Assembly (NCBI GenBank): GCA_030689595.1
Contig: JAUYHP010000001.1
Span: 15,628-79,627 of the forward strand
Source of the DNA: a bacterium
GTDB lineage: Bacteria > Patescibacteriota > Minisyncoccia > UBA6257 > WO2-44-18
DNA length: 64,000 nucleotides
Direction of reading: 5' to 3'
How positions within the stretch are numbered: the stretch's first letter is position 1; the number at the start of each line of letters is the position of its first letter. The notes below the pieces were generated by a model. It searched no databases. It worked only from the letters and a program-made list of their open reading frames with translations, and was not told where the DNA came from. The translations under genes were made by a program, and so were the position numbers. Below, piece by piece: positions 39,953 through 49,619 of the stretch.

Positions 39953-40171
39953 TTAATTCCCCTGGGTTTTTTGAAAATGCGGCGGGCCGGAGCAATTGTC
40001 GCCCTTGGCTGACGTTGCGTCCCTTTGCCGCTGGATCGCTATCAACAGAGATAGCTTTGGATTAGCCTTGGCGCATTGATGGCCGCTGGCTGTTGTGGTG
40101 AGAAAGCTACACATGGCCTCTCCTTGGCCGATTTTACAGACGTAGTCGATTTGAGTTTCTGACAAGGCCAT
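39953..40171 (-). CDS. small hypothetical Cys-containing protein of 72 aa
   Basis: A GGAGGG SD lies 6 nt before the ATG on the minus strand. Four Cys are present. No family recognised. Confidence 0.3.
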   Translation of the reverse strand: MALSETQIDYVCKIGQGEAMCSFLTTTASGHQCAKANPKLSLLIAIQRQRDATSAKGDNCSGPPHFQKTQGN

Positions 40172-40311
40172 GGTTGGCCCTCCAAACAGTGGTCGATATT
40201 AAATAACGATGTTCTGGGTAAATTATAGCCGATAATTTTATGTTTGTCAAACTCGGATAGGTCCGTTTATGATCTGGAATTTAGCAAAGCTAATATGCTA
40301 TAATTACCTTC

Positions 40312-40875
40312 ATGAGTACAACAACTATTTTATTAATAATCTTGGGCGTCCTGATTTTGGGCGTGATAGTTATTTTCAACGGCCTAGTAAGATTAGTAAA
40401 CAGAGCCAAGGAGGCTTGGGCGGATATCGATGTCCAGCTTAAGCGTCGATATGACCTAATTCCTAATTTAGTCGAGGCGGTTAAGGGTTATGCAGCGCAT
40501 GAAAAGGGTGTGCTAGAAAAAGTCACCGAAGCTAGAACCCGTGCCCTAAATGCAGAGGCCGCTGGTGATGTAAAAGGAGTGGCTTCGGCCGAAAACATGC
40601 TTGCTGGTACATTAAAAACTCTTTTTGCCGTGTCAGAAAACTATCCCAATTTAAAAGCATCAGAAAATTTTAAAGAACTGCAAGTTGAGTTATCCGATAC
40701 AGAAAATAAGATTCAAGCCGCTCGCCGATTTTATAACGGCAATGTTCGCGATTTGAATACCAAAATTGAATCCTTCCCCTATAATGTTTTTGCCAAGCTG
40801 TTCAGCTTTAAGAAGCGAGACTTCTTTGAGTTGGCCGAAGAAGCGGCCAAAGAGCCAGTAAAAGTTAGCTTTTAA
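40312..40875 (+). CDS. lemA: LemA family protein
   Basis: N-terminal TM helix followed by the LemA signature (RRYDLIPNLVE...ENYPNLKASENF...AARRFYN). Confidence 0.85.
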   Translation: MSTTTILLIILGVLILGVIVIFNGLVRLVNRAKEAWADIDVQLKRRYDLIPNLVEAVKGYAAHEKGVLEKVTEARTRALNAEAAGDVKGVASAENMLAGTLKTLFAVSENYPNLKASENFKELQVELSDTENKIQAARRFYNGNVRDLNTKIESFPYNVFAKLFSFKKRDFFELAEEAAKEPVKVSF

Positions 40876-41763
40876 TTGATGGCGACAATCTATACTCATC
40901 GGGATTCCAATATTCGGAAAACCTGGTTGTTGTTTATAATTTTTTTGACGGTAGTTATAGGCATTGGTTGGTTATTCGCGCAACTATATGCCAATAGCGT
41001 TATTTTGATTATCGCCGTGGTTTTTAGTTCGATTATGGCAGTGACGAGCTATTGGTATTCGGATAAGATTGTTTTGAGGATGTCTCATGCTCGGCCGGTT
41101 ACTAGAGAAAATGCGCGCGAGCTTTATAATATTGTTGAAAATTTGGCTATTACTGCCGGCTTGCCGCTGCCCAAAATCTATATCATTGATGAACCGGCGC
41201 CCAATGCTTTCGCTACTGGGCGTGACCCAGAGCATGCGGTAGTGGCAGTAACCACCGGATTGTTGAAGCGCCTCGATCGAGCGGAGTTGGAAGGCGTGAT
41301 TGCTCATGAGCTGTCGCATATTGGCAATAGGGATATGTTGGTTTCCACGACGGTCGTAGTGTTGGTGGGTTTTATCGCTTTGGCATCCGATTGGTTTTTG
41401 AGGTCAATGTTTTATAGTCGGCGCAGTAGTCGCAACAATGTCCACCCCGCTTTTTTGATAATAGGTATCGTAGCTGCTATTTTGGCGCCACTGGCTGCCA
41501 GTTTAATGCACTTAGCTATATCTCGGAAAAGGGAATTATTGGCTGACGCATCGGGTGCCTTATTGACTCGTTATCCAGAGGGGTTGGCCAGCGCGCTAAA
41601 GAAAATTTCCAGCGATCCAACGCCTTTGCGAGTTGCCAGAAATACTACGGCGCATTTATGGCTGGACGACCCTTTCAAAGGCGGGGCTAAAAAATCTTGG
41701 TTTCATAAATTATTTATGACCCACCCGCCGGTGGAAGATAGAGTTAAAGCACTGTTGGGCTAG
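40876..41763 (+). CDS. htpX: zinc metalloprotease HtpX (peptidase M48)
   Basis: HELSHIGNRD (HExxH), four TM helices and a C-terminal region typical of HtpX. It is coupled to lemA. Confidence 0.9.
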   Translation: MMATIYTHRDSNIRKTWLLFIIFLTVVIGIGWLFAQLYANSVILIIAVVFSSIMAVTSYWYSDKIVLRMSHARPVTRENARELYNIVENLAITAGLPLPKIYIIDEPAPNAFATGRDPEHAVVAVTTGLLKRLDRAELEGVIAHELSHIGNRDMLVSTTVVVLVGFIALASDWFLRSMFYSRRSSRNNVHPAFLIIGIVAAILAPLAASLMHLAISRKRELLADASGALLTRYPEGLASALKKISSDPTPLRVARNTTAHLWLDDPFKGGAKKSWFHKLFMTHPPVEDRVKALLG

Positions 41764-41784
41764 GGCGTGAATGAGTGGGGTTGA

Positions 41785-42303
41785 TTGATGCTTCGCATGA
41801 GCGATGCTAGTCGTTATGGCGTTGCTTTGAGGCTGGATAGTTTTAACACTCGCACAGGGGATCGTGTGAGCTTAGAAGAAAATTTGGCTAATCTGTCTTT
41901 GGAGGTGGATCGTCGCGTGAATGAATTGAGGAATTTTCTTGTAGGATTGCGTGATCAGTTTTATGGTGATAAGAAAAGGGACACAGCGGACATAAAGACC
42001 ATGCTACAACAAGATTTGGATAACTTAATGAAAAAAAACTCTTTATAAGGTTCAGGATCTTTATGCTGTTGGTGGGGGCTATAATCCTATAACTGGCGAT
42101 AGAATACCCAATGCGTCAGATGACCCCGGTGGTTATGAAAGAGCCGTTGATAGCTTGGCTGATTTTTATAATAGGAATCGTGTTGCGCTGCAAAAAGCAG
42201 CTATGTTGCAGTCTGAAGCTGGTGAGTTTGTAAATTGTGATGATCCATTGCGTGGTGAAGAATATTTGGAAAAAGTTAAGGCCAAACTAAAGTTGGCTAG
42301 CTA
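41785..42303 (+). pseudogene. Hypothetical gene split by a probable frameshift in an A8 homopolymer at 42031-42038. The upstream ORF is 41785..42048 and an in-phase ATG-less ORF continues to 42303.
   Basis: Deleting one A joins ...DNLMKK to TLYKVQDLYAVGGGYNPITGDRIPNASDDPGG...KLKLAS, giving 172 aa. The 250-nt downstream frame has no start codon of its own. Confidence 0.4.
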
Positions 42304-42369
42304 GCGTAGTTTATTTAATCATCACAGCTCGCCTTGGGGGTGGGTTTTTGTATGTGATATAATTAAACA

Positions 42370-43905
42370 ATGAAGCGCCAAACATCACTTTCAGAAAGAT
42401 TTGGGTTAAGATTTATTATTTTAGCAACGATACCAGTTTTCATCAGCGCGGTTTTTAGTGTTTTCATTTATAATGACGCTCTGCGTTATATCGACCAGGA
42501 GGAGAGGGTCATTACCGTCGGTCGTAAAACAATTGCTGATATCAGATCAGCGGCGTTTTCGTTGGGAATTCTAATCAGAGATAACAATTTTTATAATAGC
42601 CGCGGCTTGGTTGCTGAAGCCGAATGGGCTCAGCAATCGATGGTGGCTCAAAGAAATAAAATAATCAGATCCCTGGATGATTATAAGAGCTATTACTCTC
42701 TATCGTTGCCGAGTAATCGGTATTTTGTGAGTGCAAAATTAGCTGGATCAGTTCTGTCGGAGAAAGCGGCCATCGACAAGTTGGATGAGGCCATAAATGA
42801 ATATTTAGATAAAATAGACTCGCCCCAACTACGTGGCGTTTTAGAAGATTTATTGGATAACGTTACCGATGCCAGCGACAATCTTTTGATTGTGTTGCGG
42901 GTGGCTAGCTTGGACAACAAAGAATCATTCCAAGACGGGGTAATTCTTTTTTATCCAATATTGGCGGCGGTTTGGCTGTTGATAGCTATCGGGGGTGCGA
43001 CCTTTGCATCTTTGGTGTATCGACAAATTGTAGAACCGGTACAAGACATGTCTGCTCTGGCAGAAGATATCAAAATGGCCAAAGGCAATCTTTCTAAAAG
43101 CATTCATGGTAATGAAAAATTTGATAGCGAGGAAATGTCTAAGCTTCATGCCACGATAAAGGATATGGGATTAAAATTGTCGGCCAATATTGAGCAATTG
43201 GAACAGGCGAATAAATCCAAGCTTGAATTTATTTCGATTGCTTCACACCAATTGCGCACACCGCTGTCATCTATCAAGTGGTTGATAGAAAATTTGCGTA
43301 AATCTAAAAATTTATTACCCGAACAAAGAGACCGCTTGGTAGAAATATACGAATCTAATGAAAGATTAATTTCGCTGGTTAACGATTTATTGAACGTATC
43401 ACGCCTAGAATCTGGTGCGGCAATTGCTCAGCCGCGGTTAGCCAGTCTCGAAGAATCTATGAGGGGGGTTATAATTCTGTTTGAGCCGGCGGCAAAGGCG
43501 AAGGGCATAAGTATTAATTTAAATTTTGACGTAGCACCACTACCACTACTTTTTGATCCGGTATTGTTCGAAGAGGCTTTCGAGAGCATCCTCGACAATG
43601 CAGTGGCTTATGCTCCGAATGGGACAGAGGTTAGCATAAGCGTTGGCCAGAAGGGCGATGATTACACGGTGGCGATTCATAATGACGGACCGGGCATAGA
43701 CGAATCCGAGCGCAAGAGGATTTTCACTAAATTTTATCGTGGGCCGTTGGCTCAAAAAATAAGACCAAGAGGCAGTGGCTTGGGTTTGTTTGTGGCTAAG
43801 CTAGCCACGGAAGCTAATGGCGGCAAGATATGGTTCGAATCACCGGCTGAAATCGGCGGTGGAGTTACTTTTTATCTTAGTTTGCCAATTAGCTTGAAAG
43901 AATAG
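42370..43905 (+). CDS. sensor histidine kinase with two TM helices and a periplasmic sensor domain
   Basis: HisKA H-box (ASHQLRTPL) and the HATPase_c N, G1 and G2 boxes (NAVAYAP, HNDGPGI, GSGLGL). Confidence 0.85.
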   Translation: MKRQTSLSERFGLRFIILATIPVFISAVFSVFIYNDALRYIDQEERVITVGRKTIADIRSAAFSLGILIRDNNFYNSRGLVAEAEWAQQSMVAQRNKIIRSLDDYKSYYSLSLPSNRYFVSAKLAGSVLSEKAAIDKLDEAINEYLDKIDSPQLRGVLEDLLDNVTDASDNLLIVLRVASLDNKESFQDGVILFYPILAAVWLLIAIGGATFASLVYRQIVEPVQDMSALAEDIKMAKGNLSKSIHGNEKFDSEEMSKLHATIKDMGLKLSANIEQLEQANKSKLEFISIASHQLRTPLSSIKWLIENLRKSKNLLPEQRDRLVEIYESNERLISLVNDLLNVSRLESGAAIAQPRLASLEESMRGVIILFEPAAKAKGISINLNFDVAPLPLLFDPVLFEEAFESILDNAVAYAPNGTEVSISVGQKGDDYTVAIHNDGPGIDESERKRIFTKFYRGPLAQKIRPRGSGLGLFVAKLATEANGGKIWFESPAEIGGGVTFYLSLPISLKE

Positions 43906-43962
43906 TTTTTAGATGATATAGTGGCGTCGGTAGCTTGAAAATCTTTTTATTAGGAGGTAGCG

Positions 43963-45105
43963 ATGTCCGAAAGTGTTTATGAGTCATATGCTGGGCGACC
44001 AGTTTTGATTGAGGGCGTGGTTGATGAGCGTGGGGCCGCTGAATGTGTCAGAGAGCGGTATGGTGTTCAGGCTCCATATATTTTTGACCTATTACAACCG
44101 ACCATCTTCGGTCTTTTGGATGACTTGGTAGATGGCTCTGAATTGAAAAATCGGTTTATGGAAGAGTATGAGCAATGGCCGCCGGTTTTTTGTTATTATC
44201 CTGACGATAGAGCTTTAGTCAAGCTGTCGCCCGCTTTTTGGCATCGCTTGGCATTGTTGGCGCGCAATTCCGAACTGATTCGCGACCCCGATCTCAAGCT
44301 GTCGTGGCAAGAGATCCGTGATGTTTTTGAGAGGTCGGTTTTAGCGGTTGCCGGCTGTAGTTTGGGTAATGGCGTTGCCCATGCCTTGGCGTTTGATTTG
44401 CGTCCCGCTCGCATTAAAGTAGCTGACCAGAAAGACTATCATTTAACAAATGGTAATCGTGTCAGGTTGAGTTATAGGGAATTTGGTCGTAATAAGGCTG
44501 GGGCTACAGCATTACAGTTGCAGAGTGTGGATCCCTTTATGGGGGTTTCGGTTTTTGCTGAGGGCATTCATCCGGGCAATGTGGATGATTTTATTATTGG
44601 TAGTGCGTTGAAGAATGAACCAAGGGCCACGGTAATTTTGGAAGAAACTGACGATCCAGATGCTAAGATTTTTATTAGAGAGCGCGCTAGAATTGCTGGT
44701 ATTCCCGTTGTAATGGGTTCGGATATCGGTTCTGCCGGTCAGGTAGATATTCGTCGTTTTGATTTGATTCGTGACTTATCGTTAGCGCCGGGTGTCACCG
44801 ATGACGAGCTTTTTGAGCATCGTGATGATTGGAAAAAAGATCTAGCCAATCGTGATAAGTTTTATGATTTTGCTTTCGCCTTAATCGGGCATCATTATCT
44901 TAAAGCCAGAGAATTTGAGCGGTTGATACATAATAAGAAGCCGCCGTTATTTGCTGGCGTGCCGCAGTTGGGCTCAACAGCGATGGTTGCTGCTGCATTG
45001 GCGGCCGAAGCCACGGCAAGATTGCTGCTGGGGCATAGACTGCCCGAGCGCATGTTTTTTAACAAACACACCGGTGAAACCATCATTGAGGGAGCGTATC
45101 TATGA
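43963..45105 (+). CDS. E1-like (ThiF/MoeB/HesA-fold) adenylyltransferase-family protein with an N-terminal extension of about 130 aa
   Basis: Rossmann core VLAVAGCSLGNGVAHALAF, followed by IKVADQKDYHLTNGNRV (the D-x-D...N-x-NR pattern of ThiF/MoeB). A later segment ILEETDDPD...IAGIPVVMGSDIGSAGQ is also consistent with E1-fold enzymes. Confidence 0.55.
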   Translation: MSESVYESYAGRPVLIEGVVDERGAAECVRERYGVQAPYIFDLLQPTIFGLLDDLVDGSELKNRFMEEYEQWPPVFCYYPDDRALVKLSPAFWHRLALLARNSELIRDPDLKLSWQEIRDVFERSVLAVAGCSLGNGVAHALAFDLRPARIKVADQKDYHLTNGNRVRLSYREFGRNKAGATALQLQSVDPFMGVSVFAEGIHPGNVDDFIIGSALKNEPRATVILEETDDPDAKIFIRERARIAGIPVVMGSDIGSAGQVDIRRFDLIRDLSLAPGVTDDELFEHRDDWKKDLANRDKFYDFAFALIGHHYLKAREFERLIHNKKPPLFAGVPQLGSTAMVAAALAAEATARLLLGHRLPERMFFNKHTGETIIEGAYL

Positions 45106-46163
45106 AGAATTACGAAGCTTGGAAAATAGAGCCGCTAGATTTAAGTAGGAATCATACAAAAGAAGAAATTTATCGACATCTGGTGGGCTGGGCGGTATTA
45201 GCTGCTAATAGTCACAATTCACAACCTTGGCGATTTGTTCTTCGTCCGGATGATAATCGTATTTTGGTGGTTTTGGATGGCCAGGCCGTGTTACCAGCAT
45301 CTGATAAAGTTGGGCGACAAGCTCATATCAGTATCGGCTGTGCCTTGCAGAATCTAATCATGGCGATAGAGGCTTATGGCTTATCGTTACAGGTTATTTA
45401 CAGAGATATTTCTGATGGTGTTGTGGGCGAGACTGTTCTGGCGGAGGTGTCATTGGGAGATGAGCAGTTAAAACCACTAAATTCTAGCTGGGCTATGTTT
45501 TCAAGTATGAAAAATAGGCGCATGTATCGTGGTCAATATGACCCACAGCGTGCCTTGCCTATTGATGTCGTCAGCTCGTTTGAATCGGCGGCGGCGGCTA
45601 AAACTGGAGCAGAATTGAAACTTATTACTGACAGACCGACCATCTTTGCTATCGCAGAAATCCAATATCTAGCTGATAGGGCGGTTATCGCGCTTAACAA
45701 TTTCCGTCGTGAATTAGCGGATTATTTATTGCCTAATGACACCGATAGCTGTACCGGTATGCCGGGCAACACTTTCGGCTTAAGTGATGAGATGTCGAAA
45801 AACGTTCATCTTGGCCTAAGTCAGCCGGGGACTTTCGACCCGGCTCTAGCGGCTGGCATGGCCATTACCGGGCGTGATGGCATTCGTAGCGCGCCTATGT
45901 TGGGAGTTATTTCTGTCAGTGACGATAAGCCGGAGTTTTGGCTAAAAGCCGGACAAGCTTTTCAGCACATAGCAGTTATCGCGGAATCTAATAATTTGTT
46001 CCTGGCAGTGCATGCGGCTATGGTAGAGGTGGGTATGTTTAATGTGTCATTAAAAGCAAGGTTGGTGCAGCTAAAAAGGCCGACTGTTATTTTCCGAGTT
46101 GGTTATGCTGATGAGCGCCATCCGCATTCTCCGCGGTTGATGGCTGATGCGGTGATTAAGTGA
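45102..46163 (+). CDS. two-lobed nitroreductase-fold (SagB/McbC-type) FMN dehydrogenase-like protein
   Basis: HNSQPWRF and IGCALQNLIMAIEA in lobe 1. Lobe 2 has AGQAFQHIAVIAESNNLFLAVHA. The start overlaps the upstream stop by 4 nt (ATGA). Confidence 0.6.
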   Translation: MKNYEAWKIEPLDLSRNHTKEEIYRHLVGWAVLAANSHNSQPWRFVLRPDDNRILVVLDGQAVLPASDKVGRQAHISIGCALQNLIMAIEAYGLSLQVIYRDISDGVVGETVLAEVSLGDEQLKPLNSSWAMFSSMKNRRMYRGQYDPQRALPIDVVSSFESAAAAKTGAELKLITDRPTIFAIAEIQYLADRAVIALNNFRRELADYLLPNDTDSCTGMPGNTFGLSDEMSKNVHLGLSQPGTFDPALAAGMAITGRDGIRSAPMLGVISVSDDKPEFWLKAGQAFQHIAVIAESNNLFLAVHAAMVEVGMFNVSLKARLVQLKRPTVIFRVGYADERHPHSPRLMADAVIK

Positions 46164-46179
46164 TGGTAATGTTTGCAGA

Positions 46180-46209
46180 CCCGTCCGTCGTACAACGGAC
46201 GGGTTTTTA
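46180..46209 (+). terminator. Intrinsic terminator.
   Basis: CCCGTCCGTcgtacaACGGACGGG-ttttt. Confidence 0.75.
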
Positions 46210-46269
46210 ATTGCACAATATTTGTGATCGTGGTATATAATAGATGGTTCTTTATAAGGAGTGAGCGCG

Positions 46270-47385
46270 ATGAGTGAAATCAACTTGGCTGACTTGAGAA
46301 AGCAATTGCGTAGATTGCCTAAGCCGCTTTCTCAATGGCAATGCGGAGATGTTGATATTAAAATTTATCGACCGCGTAATTTATTGGGCCATGATTGGTA
46401 CAATGAAGCGCTCTTTAATATTCTGTTGCATGCTAGAAATTCTTATGATGTTTATGGCGATCGGCCTCTGTTAGATGATCATGATTATAAGTCGGCTATA
46501 TATTTAGCGCGAGTCAGATATCCTTTTATAGTCGATGGGCGTGAATTGCCATGCGAGGAATGGTTGAGTTTTCGTTTAGTGCCTGGTATTGGCGAGCCCT
46601 TGGGGTCTAACGAGTTGAATAAATTCTTTTATAGGGGTCGCAGAGTAGATGAACTAGTGAGAGAGCGGCTTTTCGACGGTCAAGATTATCTGTCTTTTGT
46701 AGTTGCCAGCTCTCGTATGTGTGGCATTCATCCCTATCTGGTCTACGCCAAGAAGCATCAGAGATTTTCGGATAGGCTTTCAAAGGCCCATAAATACACA
46801 GCTTTTTGTTACGCCCTAGTCAGCCATCATTTTTGGGAAGATTATTTACGAGATAATGGTTGCCGTTTTGTCACCGGTATTATATTGAATCGTTTTGTGG
46901 ACAAGGCGCTAACTGTCAAAATTGACGGTCAGGGATTTGGCACCGCCTTTACTCCAGCGGCAGAAGTTTTGGGCATAGACAGTCAGGAGGAAATATATCT
47001 TGACCGCGAAGATGCCGGTAATTATGTTTATCAATTTCCAGCTTATTGGCTAAATGTGCGGCAGTTGGTAAGCGTTTTGCAAAGATTAATAGATAGAAAG
47101 CTGATTTCGAATGAGAGTTTGCGGGAATATTTAGGAATAAATTGTTCATTCAGAGAATTGATTGATAGCCCAGATTTTACGGCTCTGGGGTCTCTTAAGG
47201 ATATGGGGAAATTGTTAACGGTGTCGGGTGATATTGGGCATTCCAGAATAACAGGTGAACAGTTGCGGTTGATATTGGATTTTGCCGTTTCGGACGGGCC
47301 AGAGCTCAAAATTACTCCTTTAGCCACTTTAAAAGATAGCGTAGCTGAGTTTATAGAAGCTACTCACACGGTGAGGATTTCATAA
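46270..47385 (+). CDS. hypothetical protein of 371 aa with no recognised family. It is the third gene of the E1-like/dehydrogenase cassette and has its own promoter.
   Basis: Upstream are TTGCAC, a 17-nt spacer and TATATA. AAGGAG lies 10 nt before the ATG at 46270. The GTG at 46261 in the ORF track is too close to the SD. Confidence 0.5.
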   Translation: MSEINLADLRKQLRRLPKPLSQWQCGDVDIKIYRPRNLLGHDWYNEALFNILLHARNSYDVYGDRPLLDDHDYKSAIYLARVRYPFIVDGRELPCEEWLSFRLVPGIGEPLGSNELNKFFYRGRRVDELVRERLFDGQDYLSFVVASSRMCGIHPYLVYAKKHQRFSDRLSKAHKYTAFCYALVSHHFWEDYLRDNGCRFVTGIILNRFVDKALTVKIDGQGFGTAFTPAAEVLGIDSQEEIYLDREDAGNYVYQFPAYWLNVRQLVSVLQRLIDRKLISNESLREYLGINCSFRELIDSPDFTALGSLKDMGKLLTVSGDIGHSRITGEQLRLILDFAVSDGPELKITPLATLKDSVAEFIEATHTVRIS

Positions 47386-47429
47386 GCAATCCATCTCAAG
47401 AAGAGGTGGATTTTTAATTAATTGCTATA

Positions 47430-49550
47430 ATGATAATGACAGATAATATGATATTTGAATCCATATCTATTTTAGAAATCGTATTGGGAACATCGGCGAT
47501 TATAGTGACCAGCTATTTAGGCGTGGCAGTTTATATCAGGAATCCGAAAAGCTGGACCAACCGATTATTCGGTTTATTGGCTTTAGTCATTAATGCCTAT
47601 GTTTTGGTAAACCCCCTGTCGCTCCATCCGCCTGGTGGTAGGCCGGAGGACCAGCTATTTTGGATCAGGTGGGTGATGTTTTTGGCGGCACTTTTGGCTA
47701 CAATTTTATTTTTGCTGTCTCATACCTTCCCCAAAGACGGGCTTAGACTAAAGAGGCCCTATTTAACTGGGATAACGATTTGGACTGTAGTCAATGCCAT
47801 CTTAGCATTAACGCCGGCAGTATTCAGTGAGATTCAGTATCCGAATGGAGAGCCGTTGCCCTCAATAGGTTTTTGGATGCCGTTCTATTTTCTACATTTT
47901 GTAGGTTTCGTATTGGCTAGCTTCGTAGTTTTATTTAAAAACTACCGTTCCGCTCAAGGCATAGAAAGGGCGAAATATCTATATTTGCTATTGGGCATTG
48001 TCGTATCTTTTTCTTTGATGGCGGTCTTTACAATTGTGTTTGTGGTGGTTTTAAAAACTTCGGCGGGTATCTTTTTGGGGCCAATTTTTCCAGTGATTTT
48101 GGCAATCGCCATAGCCTATTCCATAGTTAAGCATCATTTTTTGGATATACACCCCATTATTGCTCGGGCCGCTTCATATGTATTGTTAATCATTGTAACT
48201 GCGATATTCTATGCGGCTGTGGCGATAATACTTACTAACCTATTTTTGGGTATAGAAATTAATTATGCCTATCTTGTCTTTAGCGCCGTGGCAGTTGTAG
48301 TTATAAGTTTGTCATTTCAGCCGCTAGCTAGAGCGATGAGCCGATGGACAGATAGGGTATTATTCAAAGGGCTTTATGACCCCGATAAGCTTTTATCAAA
48401 ATTGACTCGCATTATGGCGGCGACCATTGATTTAGACGAACTGAAGAGAGAAACATTAACAATCTTGACGCGAGAGATGCGTATATCTAAGGCGGCTATG
48501 CTGATAATCAATAGCCATAAGATAAGTAGTAGCGAGCTGGTGGGTTATGGCGCAGATATATTGCGGTCACCAATTGAATCCGTATTGCATGAGGGTTCAT
48601 GGACGACCACTAATATGCCCGTGCTTTTGCAGAATATAAAAATAGATAGCTTGAAGAACATAATGCGCCAATATGCGATGGAGGTGATTATACCAATAAA
48701 AGTGGGGCAGGTGGAGGTGGCCATCCTGATATTGGGGCCAAAATCCTCCGGCGACCTCTACTCGCGGCAAGATTTGCAGCTATTAGAAGTCTTTGCTTCT
48801 GAGGCAGGCGTTGCCATCAAGAACGCTGCTTCATATAAGGAGATACGGGTTTTATCCGAATCAAAATCCAGATTCGTTAGTGTGGCGTCTCATCAATTGC
48901 GTACGCCGATATCGGCTATCCGTTGGTCATTGGAGCTGATGAACAAGAAGGGGCGAAGTATTTCCAGCCAGAAGAAACTTGTGCCGCAAATTTATCAGAA
49001 TGTTATTTTTCTAGAGTCACAGCTAGACGATATTTTGACCGCTTTGGATATATATGACAGAAAATTGGTTATTAAAAAAGTTGAATGTGATTTGGCGGAG
49101 ATTTTGAAAGCACGAGTCAGAGAATTTGATTCATTAATTCGTGAAAAGGGCTTGAAATTGCGCTACGATTTTGAACCCGAGGCGCTGTCTGTCAAAGCTG
49201 ACCCGGAGAAACTAAAAAAAATGCTCGCCATATTGATAAAAAATGCCGTAGTCTATTCGTCTGCCGGTGGTGAGGTTGATATTGTTTCTCGTTCGGAAAC
49301 TAGAAATGGGCGAAGATATACTACGGTTTCTGTGCGCGATGGTGGGGTTGGGATTACGGAGGAAGAACATAAGAATCTGTTTGTCGAATTTTTCAGAAGC
49401 GACCAGGCCAGAATCAGCTGGCCCAATGGTTTGGGTTTGGGTTTGTTTATTGCCAAGACGTTCGTGGAAGCGCACGACGGTCAAATAGGGGTCTATTCGG
49501 AGGGGCGTGACAAGGGGGCCGAATTCTTTTTGGCCTTGCCATTAGAATAG
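47430..49550 (+). CDS. sensor histidine kinase with an N-terminal domain of 7-8 TM helices, a GAF-like domain, and HisKA plus HATPase_c
   Basis: H-box ASHQLRTPI, N box KNAVVYS, G boxes DGGVGI and GLGLGL. 706 aa. Confidence 0.85.
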   Translation: MIMTDNMIFESISILEIVLGTSAIIVTSYLGVAVYIRNPKSWTNRLFGLLALVINAYVLVNPLSLHPPGGRPEDQLFWIRWVMFLAALLATILFLLSHTFPKDGLRLKRPYLTGITIWTVVNAILALTPAVFSEIQYPNGEPLPSIGFWMPFYFLHFVGFVLASFVVLFKNYRSAQGIERAKYLYLLLGIVVSFSLMAVFTIVFVVVLKTSAGIFLGPIFPVILAIAIAYSIVKHHFLDIHPIIARAASYVLLIIVTAIFYAAVAIILTNLFLGIEINYAYLVFSAVAVVVISLSFQPLARAMSRWTDRVLFKGLYDPDKLLSKLTRIMAATIDLDELKRETLTILTREMRISKAAMLIINSHKISSSELVGYGADILRSPIESVLHEGSWTTTNMPVLLQNIKIDSLKNIMRQYAMEVIIPIKVGQVEVAILILGPKSSGDLYSRQDLQLLEVFASEAGVAIKNAASYKEIRVLSESKSRFVSVASHQLRTPISAIRWSLELMNKKGRSISSQKKLVPQIYQNVIFLESQLDDILTALDIYDRKLVIKKVECDLAEILKARVREFDSLIREKGLKLRYDFEPEALSVKADPEKLKKMLAILIKNAVVYSSAGGEVDIVSRSETRNGRRYTTVSVRDGGVGITEEEHKNLFVEFFRSDQARISWPNGLGLGLFIAKTFVEAHDGQIGVYSEGRDKGAEFFLALPLE

Positions 49551-49619
49551 GATATTATTATAATTGTGGGTGGGCGGTCGTTTTCCACAAAATTATTCAC
49601 TAACAAAATCTAAAGTTAT

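Noticed and set aside
39707-40012. ORFs 39707..40012(+) and 39733..39939(-).
   Set aside because: They overlap the initiator tRNA gene and its terminator hairpin.
46270-47385. The third gene of the E1/dehydrogenase cassette as the missing YcaO cyclodehydratase.
   Set aside because: The size (371 aa) and position would fit. I could not find the YcaO ATP-binding signature of the SxGxAxG...EAxER type. Only a weak resemblance exists around GIGEPLGS...ELVRERL. It is left as unknown.
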